Source: the human T2T-CHM13v2.0 reference genome, Homo sapiens
Length of the DNA stretch: 64,000 bases
Assembly: GCF_009914755.1 (NCBI RefSeq)
Contig: NC_060933.1
Direction: 5' to 3' (one strand)
The translations under genes and the position numbers were made by a program. A model generated the notes under the pieces. The model was not told where the DNA came from, made no database searches, and saw nothing but the letters and a program-made list of their open reading frames with translations. Below, piece after piece: positions 12,481 through 27,550 of this stretch (position 1 is the first letter of the stretch; the number at the start of each line of letters is the position of its first letter).

Positions 12481-15082
12481 GAGATGGGACATGACCAGTC
12501 TAAGGGGGCTTCCAGCCTTGCAGAAAAGACACTGGGCCAGGGCAGTGAAGAAGGTGTCAGATCAGAAAGGATGATCTCTGGGTCCACAACGGCCACTTCC
12601 AAGGCACCTAGAGAGGGGGAAACAGTTTGCCTTCCCCAGGATTTTCTGATTGTTGAAAAATACCATGAACTGCCTGACACAGAGCGGAGCATAAATCATT
12701 GGAAAATACTCAGATTCTAGTGGATTTACTAGAACACACTGGGAGTCATGGATGAACCTGGATTTTAAAGCTCAACCCACAGCCCGCCACTCTCTACTTG
12801 TGTGGTCTTGGTCTATCTACAACCTTAAAGCCTCAGTATTCTCCTCCGTAAATTGGCGGGGAGCAATATCACCCTTGCAGGGTGATGGTTACGGGTAAAC
12901 TACATTTGAAACGTTTTTATAGTTTATAGTAACAGAAATCAAATATGAGCTTCCTGCCTTCTGGAGAAAAAGAATTGGATCTTTCACATTTTTCTATTAC
13001 CCATATGATCACATCTTAATGCATATTGATTGAACTGTACCAAATGACGAAGTACTGCATTTTACCATTCTTACTACACACTTCAAAGAGGTGTGGAAAT
13101 ATATTAAGTAGAAATTAGGATATATAGAGAAAACATCCCTCCTCCAAAAGAGGTTTCTGCAACTAACTACGAAGTGAGAACTTCTAAAATCACTTACATC
13201 TTTTGCAATATCATCTCAGATATTGTAAGAAACATTTAATAAATAGTCATGACTTAATGATATCAACCCTGGATTAAATGACTCTAATTCTGTGTCACTT
13301 TTGTGTAATGTAAAGATACCGATTGTGAATATAAGACTCAAATATGGGAAAACTGCCAGATACAAAAATACAGCCGCTAAGCAATATTTCTGTTCATCAC
13401 CGAGGAATCTCATTTCCAAAGTGCCCCAGTTTTTAAGAGGAAGAACACCAGAGTCAGACAGACCCATAGCAGCTGAGTCTAACCTTTCTGAAGCTCTGTT
13501 ACCTCATCTTATAAAATGAGGATAATATAGGTAGCTGTCATTCAATGAAGGAATGCATACAACATGCTTAGCATAACACCTGTCACATGGTAAGTGCTCC
13601 AGGGTCACCACCTATCATTGTTTCCAGCATACAGTTATCACCCCACCGACATGTAGCCCCTCCCTCATGAGCTCAAGAGCCCCCAGCACGTGTTCTACTC
13701 ACACACGCACAAGCTTCAGTGTCCCTTAAGATGTTATCTCCTGGAAAGTAGGAACAGAAAGAGAATATTTTCAGGTAGTTTGGAACAGAATGAATAACAT
13801 TCACATTCCTTGCCCAAGTCAGTACAGATTAATTTCCATCATTTCCAACTCATACTTTATACATTTCCCATAAGAGGAAAATCATGCTGGTTTTCAGTAG
13901 CATATGAAAAAAAAAAAATTCCAAGAGGATTCTTTTGCCAAGCCACTTCATTACAGCTTCCCCTTAGAGGATACCAAAGAAGCACAGGGATATTGGAAAG
14001 GTGTCACCATAGCAACATTGTAATAGACAGATGACAATAGAGTAAAAGCGAAGAAAGCACATTTGCATAGTCATTGACAAACTTGGACCTACAGTCATAT
14101 TGCTCTGGGCAGCAGTGCTCAGAGTCCAAGGGCTACTCAAAGTAAATTTGGTAAGAGGCTATTTCTATTCATTTTGGCTGAGTCTGACTACCCAGTTCAT
14201 TGTGCTCATGTGTGTGCTAATTGTAATTGTTACAGGCAGTTCACTAACAAACAGCAGACATCCTCAAGAGTCCCTTTCATCCTAAGCAATGTGAGTTCAC
14301 AAATCTAAATGTGTACCTAATAAATCTTCAATAGTAAAGCGTACTTCCTCCTTACCTGCTTCTGTTTTGTTTTCAAAACCTTAAATAGTCACAGGTATAG
14401 AGAAATTGTCTCAATGCTTATGGGAGCTTCTGTGATAACTTATGTTAATTAACTCTGGGTACTGAAAAGAAACAAACGTGCATGGCTTCCCCTAAGCACT
14501 GAGGTAATGGCAATTCAAATAACAGCAAATTTATATATGTGATATACACAGATTTATATATATATAAATATATCACATATAGATATATAAGAAGACATCA
14601 TATATATATACACACACATTTTAGAGATCATATATATCTTTTAAGCAATTTCAAACCATACAAGAATCCATATATGATCTTAAGGCATAATTTCTGCCAG
14701 CATACTTCTCAACATTTATAATGACACTAAATGTCTATAGTCGTTTCCTCTGAAATGCACATTACATCAATCCCTTTTTGTGAAAGTGGAACTAAGGCAT
14801 AAAAAGGTCAGAGTTCAGGAGCTGGGAAGAACATATGACAGTGTTCAAAGTTGTTTCAGTGACAGCTGAACAAGATAGTGTCATGTGGAATCATAATGGA
14901 CAATTATCTGCTTTCTGGTCTATAGGAATAGAGTGAGTGTTCTTTCCCAAGTTTAAAAAAAAATTATTGAAAAGAGACTGTACTCTTTCTTCCTGCTCTT
15001 AGAATCTGTTTTGTTTATAGTGACCCAATGCTCCTTCATATCTATCAGATGGTATTTTTTTCTTATTTAAAAATACCCATGT

Positions 15083-15165
15083 GGTTGAGGCTGCAGTGAG
15101 CTATGATTGCACCACTGCACTCTAACCTGGGCAATGAGACCCTGTCTCAAAAAAAAAAAAAAAAA
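15083..15165 (+). mobile_element. 5'-truncated Alu (AluJ/FRAM-like 3' end)
   Basis: gaggctgcagtgagctatgattgcaccactgcactc...gtctc followed by poly(A). Confidence 0.85.
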
Positions 15166-17104
15166 TAGTTTGTATCCTTAATAAGCGACCCTTCTTCTCA
15201 AGAGATGAGCCTGATGTTTCTGTCTGGCTTAACATTAGCCAGGTGTGGTACACTTGTGATCTGCCTCAGTATTCTGAGTAATGGAGAGGAGTTCTCTCAC
15301 TGTGAAACAGGTCAACTTAGATACGATCCAAAAAGGGTTAGTTGCCAGGAGAACCAAAGTCTAAGGTAGTCATATCTACAAGCCCATAGCCTGGACCCCC
15401 AAATTAATCCTACAGTGAGACTTTAGCACCTTTCACAAGTGGAGAAATCAGACCACTGTGTGCTCAATGGGTTTGGAATGTTGTGCTTTCAAAGTAATTA
15501 ATACAGAAAGGCATAGAAAGATAGAGAAGAGACTAGTGACTCATGGATGCTTCCAACGTGATATAACGCCCCTTTCTCTTCTAAATAGTAAAATAATGAA
15601 GATCTCAAAGAGACTTTCTCTCTTTGAGAAACACAGCTTTACTGCTTTTGTGATCAATGCCCACTGCCCTCACCAACAAATCAGTCATTAATTCCCAACT
15701 GCCTTGCATTGCAAATATAGAAAAAAAGGTTTTTGGATCTCCTTAGCTCTCTTTGAATGTCTATAGGAAAGAAATGAAGGAAGTAAACTTTTCTACTGCC
15801 AGACTGAAGGTAGATTTTGATAAACTTGGAACCTCTCCAAATCACCCTCTACCCTCCTGGCATAGAAAATAAACAAGATTTTTCCCTTTACATCATAATT
15901 AAGGAAAGAGACAAAAATGAAGGTATCATCCAACCTGATCTTCTTTAGCCTCTAGCTGTTCTAACGACACAGAACTATTTTCTCAAGATTCCAATTAGGT
16001 TTGCTATACTGCTCAATATTAATTTCCTCTTAAGAAGCTACTTCACCATTTGGAAAGCCCCTTGGGTTGAATAATTATTGAATTTCTAAATGGCCTCTGG
16101 CTAGCCTCAATTGCATGAGTGTTTCATGTACAGTAAGTAATATGAAAGAGGCTTGCCTTGGGTATTGAACAGCCTCTAATGATGCTTTTCAGAGGGAAAA
16201 AATCCCTCTGAAAAGATTTTTGGAAAAGTTTCAGTTAAATTTTTCCCAAGTCTTCTTGTCTACTGCTCAGCAGAGTCTCTGTAGAAATGAATAGATAACT
16301 TCCTTCCTTCATTTTTCCCTTCCTTTTTTCTTTCTTTTATCCTGCCCTCTTCCGTCTTTGTTTCTTTCTCTTCTCTTCTCTGTTAGAGGATTTATGATAG
16401 CTAGGTAACTCATTAAGGTTTCTATCCAGTGTCCCAGAAGAATAATTCTTCTTTTTAATAAAATGAATTACATTTTCATTCCCTTTCCTTGTCTTTTTGT
16501 TTTCCTGTGTTCTTTTTGGTTTCTTTCAGCAGATGATAAACGATGTTTTCCTTTGAAATTGCTTCTCACTCCTGCTCAGACGGTCAGCATGAGAAGTCAA
16601 AAGGAAAGCATACACACTAGTAAGAGAATCAGGGCGTGGAAAAGGGTCTCTAAGACCCCAACCCCCAAGAAGGAGATGGAGACCCAAACATGCCAGTCAT
16701 CAGTTTGAGGCTCATAGCTTGTTAGTTTAGAGCCAGATTTTGTACTTGTAGTTTGAGGAGCACAGCTTGTTAGAATCCAGATCTCATGGCTTTTAATCCA
16801 GAAATATTTCTTTGTTTGGGAGTTGTTTTTCATTGTTGCTGTTGGCCAGTAATTACGGTACTCTTGTGAAAAGGCTGTTTTATAGGTCAGTTATTTGGAA
16901 AGGCCGTTTTCCGTTTGTTTGGTACTGAATAAATGTGCTTGCCTTGTTCATTTGGCAATGTCCTGAGCTCCTCAATCTCTCAGTCCCTTCTTTTAGAAAC
17001 AATGGTTTGCCTACAGGATGCCAGGTGCTTTTCTCAGGGCCCTGCTCCTGTTATATTTGATTTCTCTGTCAACCTTTTTACACTACTACATACGCCCAGA
17101 GTGA

Positions 17105-17222
17105 CAGAAAAAAGGGAGAAGAGAAAGAAAGCAAAAGGAAACGAGAAAAGGAAGTTGAAAGCAAAAGAGGAAAGAAGGAAGGAAGGGAGGGTGGGAGGAA
17201 GGAAGGGAGGAAGGGAGGGAGA
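17105..17222. repeat. Purine-rich (GGAA/GGAG)n low-complexity tract
   Basis: Direct read. Confidence 0.8.
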
Positions 17223-17599
17223 GATGTTGAAGATCACCAGTGACTTATACAGGAAAATTAATGATCAGATATCCTTTGTTAAATTTTAATACTGGCAGTC
17301 ATGTCTGTTATTAGGGAATCCAAAAGTGATGAAAAGCAATCTCCCTTCCTTCTCCTCTGCTCTCCCCACTCCTACCCTACTACGCCCCAGGTTATACTTC
17401 ACTGCATCTACTTGGATGATGACATAGGAGTCTGGCATTATGTTTCCTTAAAATTTGTCTGCCTTTTGTGGGGTTTGGTTGCCAACCACCCCTCTTATCC
17501 TACCTGCAATTTCCTCATTCCTTGTTTTATTTTTAGAAGAACACACCTACCCAGACACTCATTCTTTTTTACAAGTAGTCTAGTTGAAATGTGTTGACC

Positions 17600-17731
17600 T
17601 TGACCCCTATCGGCAGAACTGCTCAGCTGACCCATTGACTCTTGAGAAATAATAAGTAGTTGTAGTTTTAAGGTGCTACATTTTGGAGTGATTTGTTATG
17701 CAGTTTTATTGTGGCAATAAATAACTGATAC
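17600..17731 (+). mobile_element. MLT1 (MaLR) LTR 3' fragment
   Basis: ...ttttggagtgatttgttatgcag...aactgataca terminus typical of MLT1. Confidence 0.6.
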
Positions 17732-19589
17732 AGATAATGTGGTGATCTTGATGAATACAAGAGTGCCTGGCCCGTAAGTAGACACTCAATAAATGTTGGA
17801 CTGGAATGAACTGGCAAATAGAGTAAATTAATATTCATCAATAGGGGCTTAATTAAATATGTTGTGACATAGCCTAACAATGGAACACAATGCAGGTATT
17901 AAAAACAACGAATAAAAATTCAATGAGTTGATGGCTTAGGATTTGTATATTTGTCTGTGTATTATATTACATATCAGTAAAGAAAGCCTGTATACAAAGC
18001 AGCATGATAGCCTTTTAATATTAAAAAATCTACAATGTATATATTCATAGGAAAGTATCTGGAAGTACATATACCAAGATGTTGACAATGGTTCTCTAGG
18101 TAGAATCATAACAGGTTAATTTAAAATTTTTTCTATACTTCTTTATTTTATTTGAAGACGTTCAACTTTATTTTTTATAATAACAAAAGAGTAAGGTGAT
18201 AAGATACTCTTTTCCTGAGTCCAGGACACATGGGGTGAGCTACCCTGATATGACATTTTCTCTTTCTCTCCCCAAAGCACAATGAAGATCTTGAAGGGCA
18301 CACAGAGAGAGGGAAGGCAACAGAGGCAGGCTTTGTTGGACACCAAATGAATGTACTGAGCCATTGTTCCAAGACAGCTCTGTATTTTAAAGCTCAGCAT
18401 GGGCCAAATTCAACCTCTGGATGAAATATGTGATTCTTGTGGCATTGTCAGAAGTGGCAAATGGATTCTCTCCTCCTAAATGTGGTGTGACTCTCCCATC
18501 AACCACAGGTAGCAAGTAACGGCACACTTGCCACGACCTCTACTGTCTGCTTTCTGTATCACTGCCTCAATCATGCCCCTCCTCTTGCCTTGTCTTGGTG
18601 AAGAGTGCCTGGCCAGCAGCCCTGCCTACCTCTCTCTTCTGGCCCTAGCGCCTTGCTCCAGCCCATGTGGTTCCAGCAAGCTCCACTTCAAGGGGCCCAC
18701 CCTCCAGGGCATGTTCCAAGCATCACCAACCAGAGGGCTTCTTCTCTGAGAATTTATACATGGACCTTGAGGTCAGCAAGCAAGGATGATATAAGCCAGA
18801 GTTCTCTGCAGCCATCCCCTTTTCACCTCTCTCAGTTACGGATGAACTTATCTGTAAAATGGGAAAAAGAAACGACAAGAGAAGCACAGCTGAGAGAAAC
18901 ACCAAAAGAAAGAGTTGAAGACATTGTTTGAATTCCTGCATCCAGTAGTGCCCAAAGCCAGTGTCAACCCTGGAATTCCTAGCTACAAGAGCCAATGAAG
19001 TCCCTTTTGCTTTAGTTTGAGGTGGGCTCCTGTCACTTGCCACAGAAACTAGGAGAAAGCACAGTGTCTGTGCTGCAGTGAGAGAGGGCTAAAGTCCTCA
19101 GGGACAACCAATAAAGCACGAGAGCCAATGAATAAATACTTGAGGTGAGCAATTACAGGAGGCATTCTTTACATTTCTTAGAGAGCCAAGCAAAATTTAG
19201 CCCCAGTTGCCTGAAGTGGCCATATATATTATTATTAATAATGAATATAGTCAATAACCTGTAGGCAGCTCAGAAAAAATCTCAGTCATTAAGTGTTAAA
19301 GTACATTTGAGACCATTTGCCTCAGCATCTAGTGCAGCTCCGGATACACACAACGTGGAGGGCAGGGAACTAACATTTGGTGAGCACCTACTATGGGTTA
19401 GGACCTGTGCTGGACATTTTCACATACATTAGTTCATCTATTCCTCCCGAAGATCTTGGAAGGTGGGTATTATTACCTTCATTTTGGAGATTAGGAAACT
19501 TGCCTAAGGTTCATACAGAGCTTCTTCGGTGCTCTCAATCATGACTGTTCCCTTGCATCCATCCCCTCTGTAAGAACTGAGATTAGCGT

Positions 19590-20095
19590 TTAGGGAGTTA
19601 TAGCTGGTGCAGTAGACACCTCAGATGCCCTGTGTCACATCTCTTGACACATCTCTGATTTCAGTGCACTTATGATGTGGCCTCTTTCCCAGATCTCAAG
19701 CACGCAGCAGTCATTATTTCACTATCTGCCCCGGGACGGTTTCCACAGATGCAGGAGCTTGCTCAGCCTAGGAGAAAGCACAGTGTCTGTGCTGCAGCGA
19801 GGGAGGGCTAAAGTTCTCATGGACAACCAATGGAGCATGAGAGCCAATGAATAAATACTTGAGGTGAGCAATTACGGGAGGCATTCTTTACATTTCTTAG
19901 AGAGCCAAGCAAAATTTAGCCCCAGTTGCATGAAACGGCCAATTGCCAAATTCATCCTTATATTGACTTTTCCTCCTTCGTGTTGCAGGCTGACTGATCT
20001 CTCATTCCCACTTCCTGGAATCACCTCCCAAACAAACTAACTGCATACTAGTCCTTGTCTCAGGCTCTGATAGTGTGGGATTCCAAACTGGAAAT
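19590..20095 (+). mobile_element. Old ERVL LTR (LTR16-like)
   Basis: 3' end cacctcccaaacaaactaactgca...tccttgtctcaggctctg resembles the LTR16 terminus; boundaries approximate. Confidence 0.5.
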
Positions 20096-20639
20096 GAAGA
20101 CCATCTTGTGTACTGACTAGTGAAGGAAAACGTTATTGTTGTGAAGTCTGTAATAAAATAAGCTCAGCTTAAACCAGCAAGAGCAATTCCAAGCTAGGAA
20201 CTATATTAAGAAATAGTCTCTTACATAGAACCCCCTTTGAGAAAATATACTCAAAGTCTATAACTTAAACATGCCTGGAAGGAAATACATCAAAATATTA
20301 TTTATTATAATTCAATATATCATATTATTATATTAATTATTCTTCTCTTCTGAGTAAATTTTCAATGGACATTCCCCAGATGTTCCTCACTTCTCTTATC
20401 TATCAGTCTTGATCTGCCCCCTGGGGAATCACAATTCTTGTCACTGCAGTTAATAACCTTTTTTTTTTTTTTCTGTGACTCAAATTAGGTAGAAGATACT
20501 TAGCCATCATTCTCCACTTGGAAGGCAGCACAGCATGTTAGTTCAGAGTATGGTGTGGGCAACAAAAGAAGGTCAAATTCTAGTCATCTGGGTCACTTGG
20601 TCTGTCACCCAGGTTTTGCTGTGGAAACAAACAACTGCT

Positions 20640-21118
20640 TGTGATCATTAATTTTTAAATATGGACTAGGCTAAGGGATACCGAGATAGCTGGTAAAACA
20701 TTATTTCTGGATGTGTCTGTGAAGATGTTTCTGGAAGAAATTAGCAGACTGAGTATAGAAGATCCACCCTTACCAATGTGGGAGGGCATCATCCAATCCA
20801 TTGAGGGCCCAGAGAGGACAAAAAGGCAGAAGAAAAGCGAATTTGCTCTCTCTTCTGGTGCTGAAACATCCACCTTCTGGCTGGCCTTTGAACTTCAGGA
20901 CTTATCCTACCCTAGCACACCCACCCTCCCAATTCCCCCATCCCATTTCTCAGGCCTTCAGGCTTGGGCTGAATTATACCACTGGCTCCTCTAGTTCTCC
21001 AGCTCAAAAACAGCAGACTGGGGGACTACTCAGCTTCCATAATCATGTAAGCCAATTCCCATAATGAATACCACTCCCCCACTCTGTTTCTCTTGAGAAC
21101 CATGATTAATGATTAATA
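20640..21118 (+). mobile_element. MLT2 (ERVL) LTR, apparently nested in an older MLT1 fragment
   Basis: ggtaaaacattatttctggatgtgtctgtgaagatgtttctggaaga...catcatccaatccattgagggccc MLT2 signature. Confidence 0.75.
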
Positions 21119-23818
21119 TAACTCCAAAACTTAGTGGCTTAAAACTGCAAAGATTAATGCATGGCTTATGCAGCATGCACATCTTGATGGGGGTGGGAAA
21201 GGGGGCTCTGCCCATAGCTCCCACTATAGGACCTAGCCTGCAGAGCGCCACTATCTGGAATGTTAGTGGCCACTGTGGCAGAGTGAAAAGGAGGCAAAGC
21301 TCATGCAAAGCCTTCCATCTGAAAGTGATAAACGCTGCTTGTTCATGTTTCATTGGCCAAAGAGAGTCATGTGGTCATGCACAAGTTTCACTGAAAGGGA
21401 AAGGGCAATCTGCCTTGCAGATAAGAAAGGAGAAAAAAAGGGGGAGATTTTGAAAATGATTGTCCGATTTGGACAATCATTTAACCTAAGCTTCAGTGTT
21501 CTCATCATGTACTGAGGGGATATCCACTTTACAAGGTTATTATGAGGGTTAAATGTGAAACTGTAAAGTACCTGGCACACAGCCATTACTCAATAAATGC
21601 TGCTATTTTGACAGTGATCCTTTGTTTACCTGAAATATAATATTAAGATTTACTCCAATCTTTCCTACATCTCTGGGAGTAAAAAACTCTTGAATCTTTT
21701 TCTGGAGGTTGCATTTTCTAGTCTTTAAAAATGAGTCCAGTGCCTTTTCCCTGAATTTCTCCAAATTCTGACCATTCTAAGATATGGGTTCTAGCTCAGT
21801 GCTCCTCACACAGAAAGGTTCTAGTAAGGAATGAGAAAATACTTTCTGCTTTAAAGAAGAGCTACGCAAATATTAAATGAGAATAATTATATCTATTATT
21901 TATGGCGAATATTATTCTAGTACTCAGAAAAACTCAGCATAAGTTCATTAGAACAGTATGGGCCACATTAGAAAGAACATATTATCATTATGTTTGAAAA
22001 GCTAGGACTGGGTACAAAGTTACTACGATCGTATGGGCTTAGTTGGCCAAGTATGTTATTACAGTTTCAATGGAACCATCATCTTGTCAACAGAACACAC
22101 AGTGAAACCTGCAGGGCCTTCCTCTGGCTTCATGACAGTGAGTAGACTCTCGCTTTCCCTAGGGAAGGCAGGGGCCTGGTAGGGTCTGAGCAAGAGCCTG
22201 AGGCATAGACTGTGCCCACCCTCCCCTTCTCCCTCCACTCATGCCAGTTTTTGGTTTAGAAAGCCAGCATTTTGAATATCAAGTCTCAAGACTTTCTCAT
22301 TGTCCTCAGGGTGGGTTGCTGCCCCCCACACCCTCCTTGTTCCCATATGAAGGTCATTGACCCCTAGTTTTGTAAGGTGTTTATTCTTGCAGAATTTGGA
22401 CCAGGGACTTTCTGTTCAGCAAATGATTCAGTGCATGTAGACCCTGAGGTTGTTTACATTTTCAGGAACTGCTATTGCGAAACTAAAAAGGTTTATTTTA
22501 CGTAGTGGGGTTGCTTTTGCCAGATGAATTCATTTGCTCAAGTTATTTTTAAAATGTGCTTTCCCTTAGCTCCTTAGAGAAGCTCTGGTCTCTTGCCTGT
22601 GTGGGTCTAGGCCAGAAAAAAAAAAAATGTTGAGGCTATTAATGGAAGCCAGAGAAAATGTCTGGCCAAGGTGGATCAAAGAAGGTTCTCAGTTTTGACC
22701 CCAAATTTTAACTTTCTGAATGCCGGGCTAGCATACTAGCTGGTCCTGGCTCCAGCAGCTTAAATGACTCATGTGCCTAGAACCAGGAAGACCATGCATA
22801 TGAGTTTCAAACTGCTCCTACAGGTATGTGTGGAAGGGGGACCCCTATGACAGAATATTCATCCAGAAGAAACTTGCCCTGCTGCCAATTGGAAGTGCCA
22901 CAGTCCAGCAGCAGTGAGACTGCTGGAAGCAGTCAGATTGCAGAGCACAAACTCTCTAACTCATCGGGGTCAAGTGGCCTGAAATGATTCATCAGGCTGC
23001 TTTGCAAACATTTTATTTAACAATTGATATTTAGAAATAATTTTTTATGACAGTTTCTTATCTTTTGGGGGAATCAGAGACCCCTTTGAGAATCTGAGGA
23101 AGGCTATGGAGAAATATCTGATGAAGCCTGTGGGAAAAAAAACTGCCATCCAGAAAAATGTATATATGCAAGCTGTCCCTTAAAATGTTAGTGGTATCAT
23201 TGGGATGACATCCAAAAATTGTCAGGGAAGTCCGTAAATCCCCTTGCTTCAGAATTTGGGGAAACTTTAAACCTCAGATTAATGGTATGTAGATACTATT
23301 CATTCATTCAGAGCTTACTGACTTCCTGTGTCATGGCAAGCACTATGTTGGAAGCTGGAAATACAATGATGTATAAGACAAGGACACAGCCTTGTGGAGC
23401 TCACAGTCTAATGGGAGACAAAACAAACCCATAATAATGATGCATGATAATGAGTTAAGTGCTATGCTAGAACTGTAAGTGTAGAAGCAAACAAGAGCCC
23501 CAAGTAGGGTAATCAATTCAATATATATTTAATAAATGCATTACGTGCCAGGCAGTTGGGAATAAGCTGGTGCATAGACAAGATCCCTATCCCATGGAGC
23601 CTTAAGTCTGGAATACTCTCAACTAAAAGTTAGAGGAGGGGCCTGGAAGAACATGATGCCCACCTAAGGTGAATCCTAAGTAAAGTTCACCCAGGTGAAG
23701 TGGGTAAGCGTATTGCAGGTAGTGGGAGCAACACGCACACAGGCCCAGTAACAGCAAGGTGAGTCAGGGGAAACTACAAATAGTTCATCAGGGCTCTCCA
23801 TGAAGGCAGGAGCAGTGA

Positions 23819-24200
<382 letters not shown>

Positions 24201-24659
24201 TCAATGAGGGCTTTTTAAGGCAAGTCAGGAGTTTCCTATTAGAAAGATCACTCTACCATAAATGGAGAAAATTGGGCAAAGGGGAGGGGATGGCTAGTGG
24301 GTGAAATCATGGAGACTAGAAGGAAGGAAGCTGTTGAATTAATCTAGACAAGAAATGATAAGGTCCTAATAGTGGCAGTGGAGATGGAGTAAAGTGGACG
24401 ATGGGAAAATGGGATGAGGCCTCTGGAGAGCAGCTCACAGGCAATTTTTTTTTCATTCCCTACAATGACATTTGCCTACGGCAACACACTCTGCCACATG
24501 CAATGAGGTAGTGACTGGCTCAAGCTAAGGAAATAATCTTGTTACTGACGTGGTATCACCGGGAATCATGGCTGTATAACTGTAGTTTCATAATCAAATT
24601 TTGGAACTCTACATTTAATTGCTTAATGGTGATGATGATTATGACAGGAATAATACTGA

Positions 24660-24900
24660 TAATAGCTGCAACCCAATTTTATTGGACACTTATTCTGTGC
24701 TAGTTACTGTTCCAAGCATTCTGAATTTACTAACCCACTTAATCTTCAAGTGACTCTATCGGGTAGGTTCTATTCTTACTCTTAAAGAATAGATGAGGAC
24801 ACTGAGGCAGCACAGACAGGTTTAATACCTTGTCTAAGGTCACACAGCTAGGAAGTGAGAAAATAAGGATCTGAGCCTTGGAAATCTGGTTCTAGGACGC
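24660..24900 (-). mobile_element. MIR
   Basis: gatgaggacactgaggca...aaggtcacacagctaggaagt MIR core; further MIR/L2 fragments occur at roughly 310-375, 19370-19520, 21470-21605, 28290-28410, 43520-43760 and 62940-63150. Confidence 0.7.
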
Positions 24901-26159
24901 AAACTTCCAAAAATTCTCCTATCAATTTACAATGACAAACATAAATTATGGTCTTTCTCCATAAAACTCAATTTGAGCACTAAAACTGACTTTTTACCAT
25001 TTGTTATGAACATTCTGAACAATCACAATAAAAAGTAGTGCGGAGACACTATTCAAGTCTCTAAAAACATCTTAGGAGTGGTACATGAAGCAAAATGCTG
25101 GGTGTGAGTGTTTTTGCAGATTCAGGCTCCAAAGAACAAAAAAGCAGAAAAAACAAACAATGGTGTTTTTAAACAATGAATGTTGTTTTCCTTTAGCCAT
25201 AAGGGAATTTTAAAACTTGACAAACTCATTCAGCTTTCAAAGCATTCCACATTCCCCACCCACAAGCAAATGCCAGAAGGTGCCAGTTTGAGCCAACTCA
25301 GCTCAGGAATGACTTTCTAAATACTGGATCAGATTTCTTGAATGTCCGCGCTCCACAGATGGATACTTACTATTGTCCTAATTGGTCTGATGAAAAGTAC
25401 TTAGCAATTTATCAAGCAATTAATTTAACAAAAACATTTCAGCAAGAGATGAGATGGTGTGGCACAAATGCAGAAACAGAAATTTGAAAAGATTCAAATG
25501 TATTACTTCAAAAAGATTGAAAAATTGCTGCCTAAAATCTTTGAAACTTTAGAGCTAGGTTGTGCATAGGCTTAATTTTTAATGAAGAATCTTCTGGGAA
25601 AATAAGTTTTTGATTATATAAAGAAAGCAATTTCCTTGATTTGCAGGAAATAATTCTTTTTGGGGAAAAACAAATAAATTAATATTTAATATACTCATTA
25701 CATCCATCCAGCTAACATTTACTGGAAGCATGCTGTGTGCCTGGCACCATGCTAGGCACTGAGACACAAAAATGAAAAAGACAAGAATCTTGTTCTTTAG
25801 CCTAGGTGGGGAGATAGATAAGCAAAGGAATAGTGTAATAAATGCAATAAAAGAAATACGTACTAGCTAGACCTGTGGGAAGAAAGGTTAGAAAGATGAA
25901 CAGAAACTGTGCTAGAATTTTGGACCTAATTCTGTAAGTGTTGGAGAGCCATTAAGCAGAAGTGATCGTTAGATTTAATTTTAGAAGGATCATGCTGTTA
26001 TCAATGTGAAGAATGGGCTGTAGTGGGGAAACGCCAAAGGCAGATTCTGTTCCACTCTTCATAAAAATCGTACCACAGCACTCTGATACCCTTTTTGCTC
26101 TCTAATCCATTTCTCTTTTCCCCCCAACACAGATAATTTAGAAATTATTTAGTCTTTTA

Positions 26160-27550
<1,391 letters not shown>

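Noticed and set aside
10475-12720. Many long overlapping ORFs (up to 285 aa) on both strands
   Set aside because: Expected stop-codon depletion in a CpG island; Pro/Arg/Ala/Gly-rich, often non-ATG starts, no recognisable domain
4947-22772. Scattered AP-1 (TGA[C/G]TCA) motifs at about 4947, 5291, 15537, 20476 and 22766
   Set aside because: Close to chance frequency; enhancers cannot be called without chromatin data
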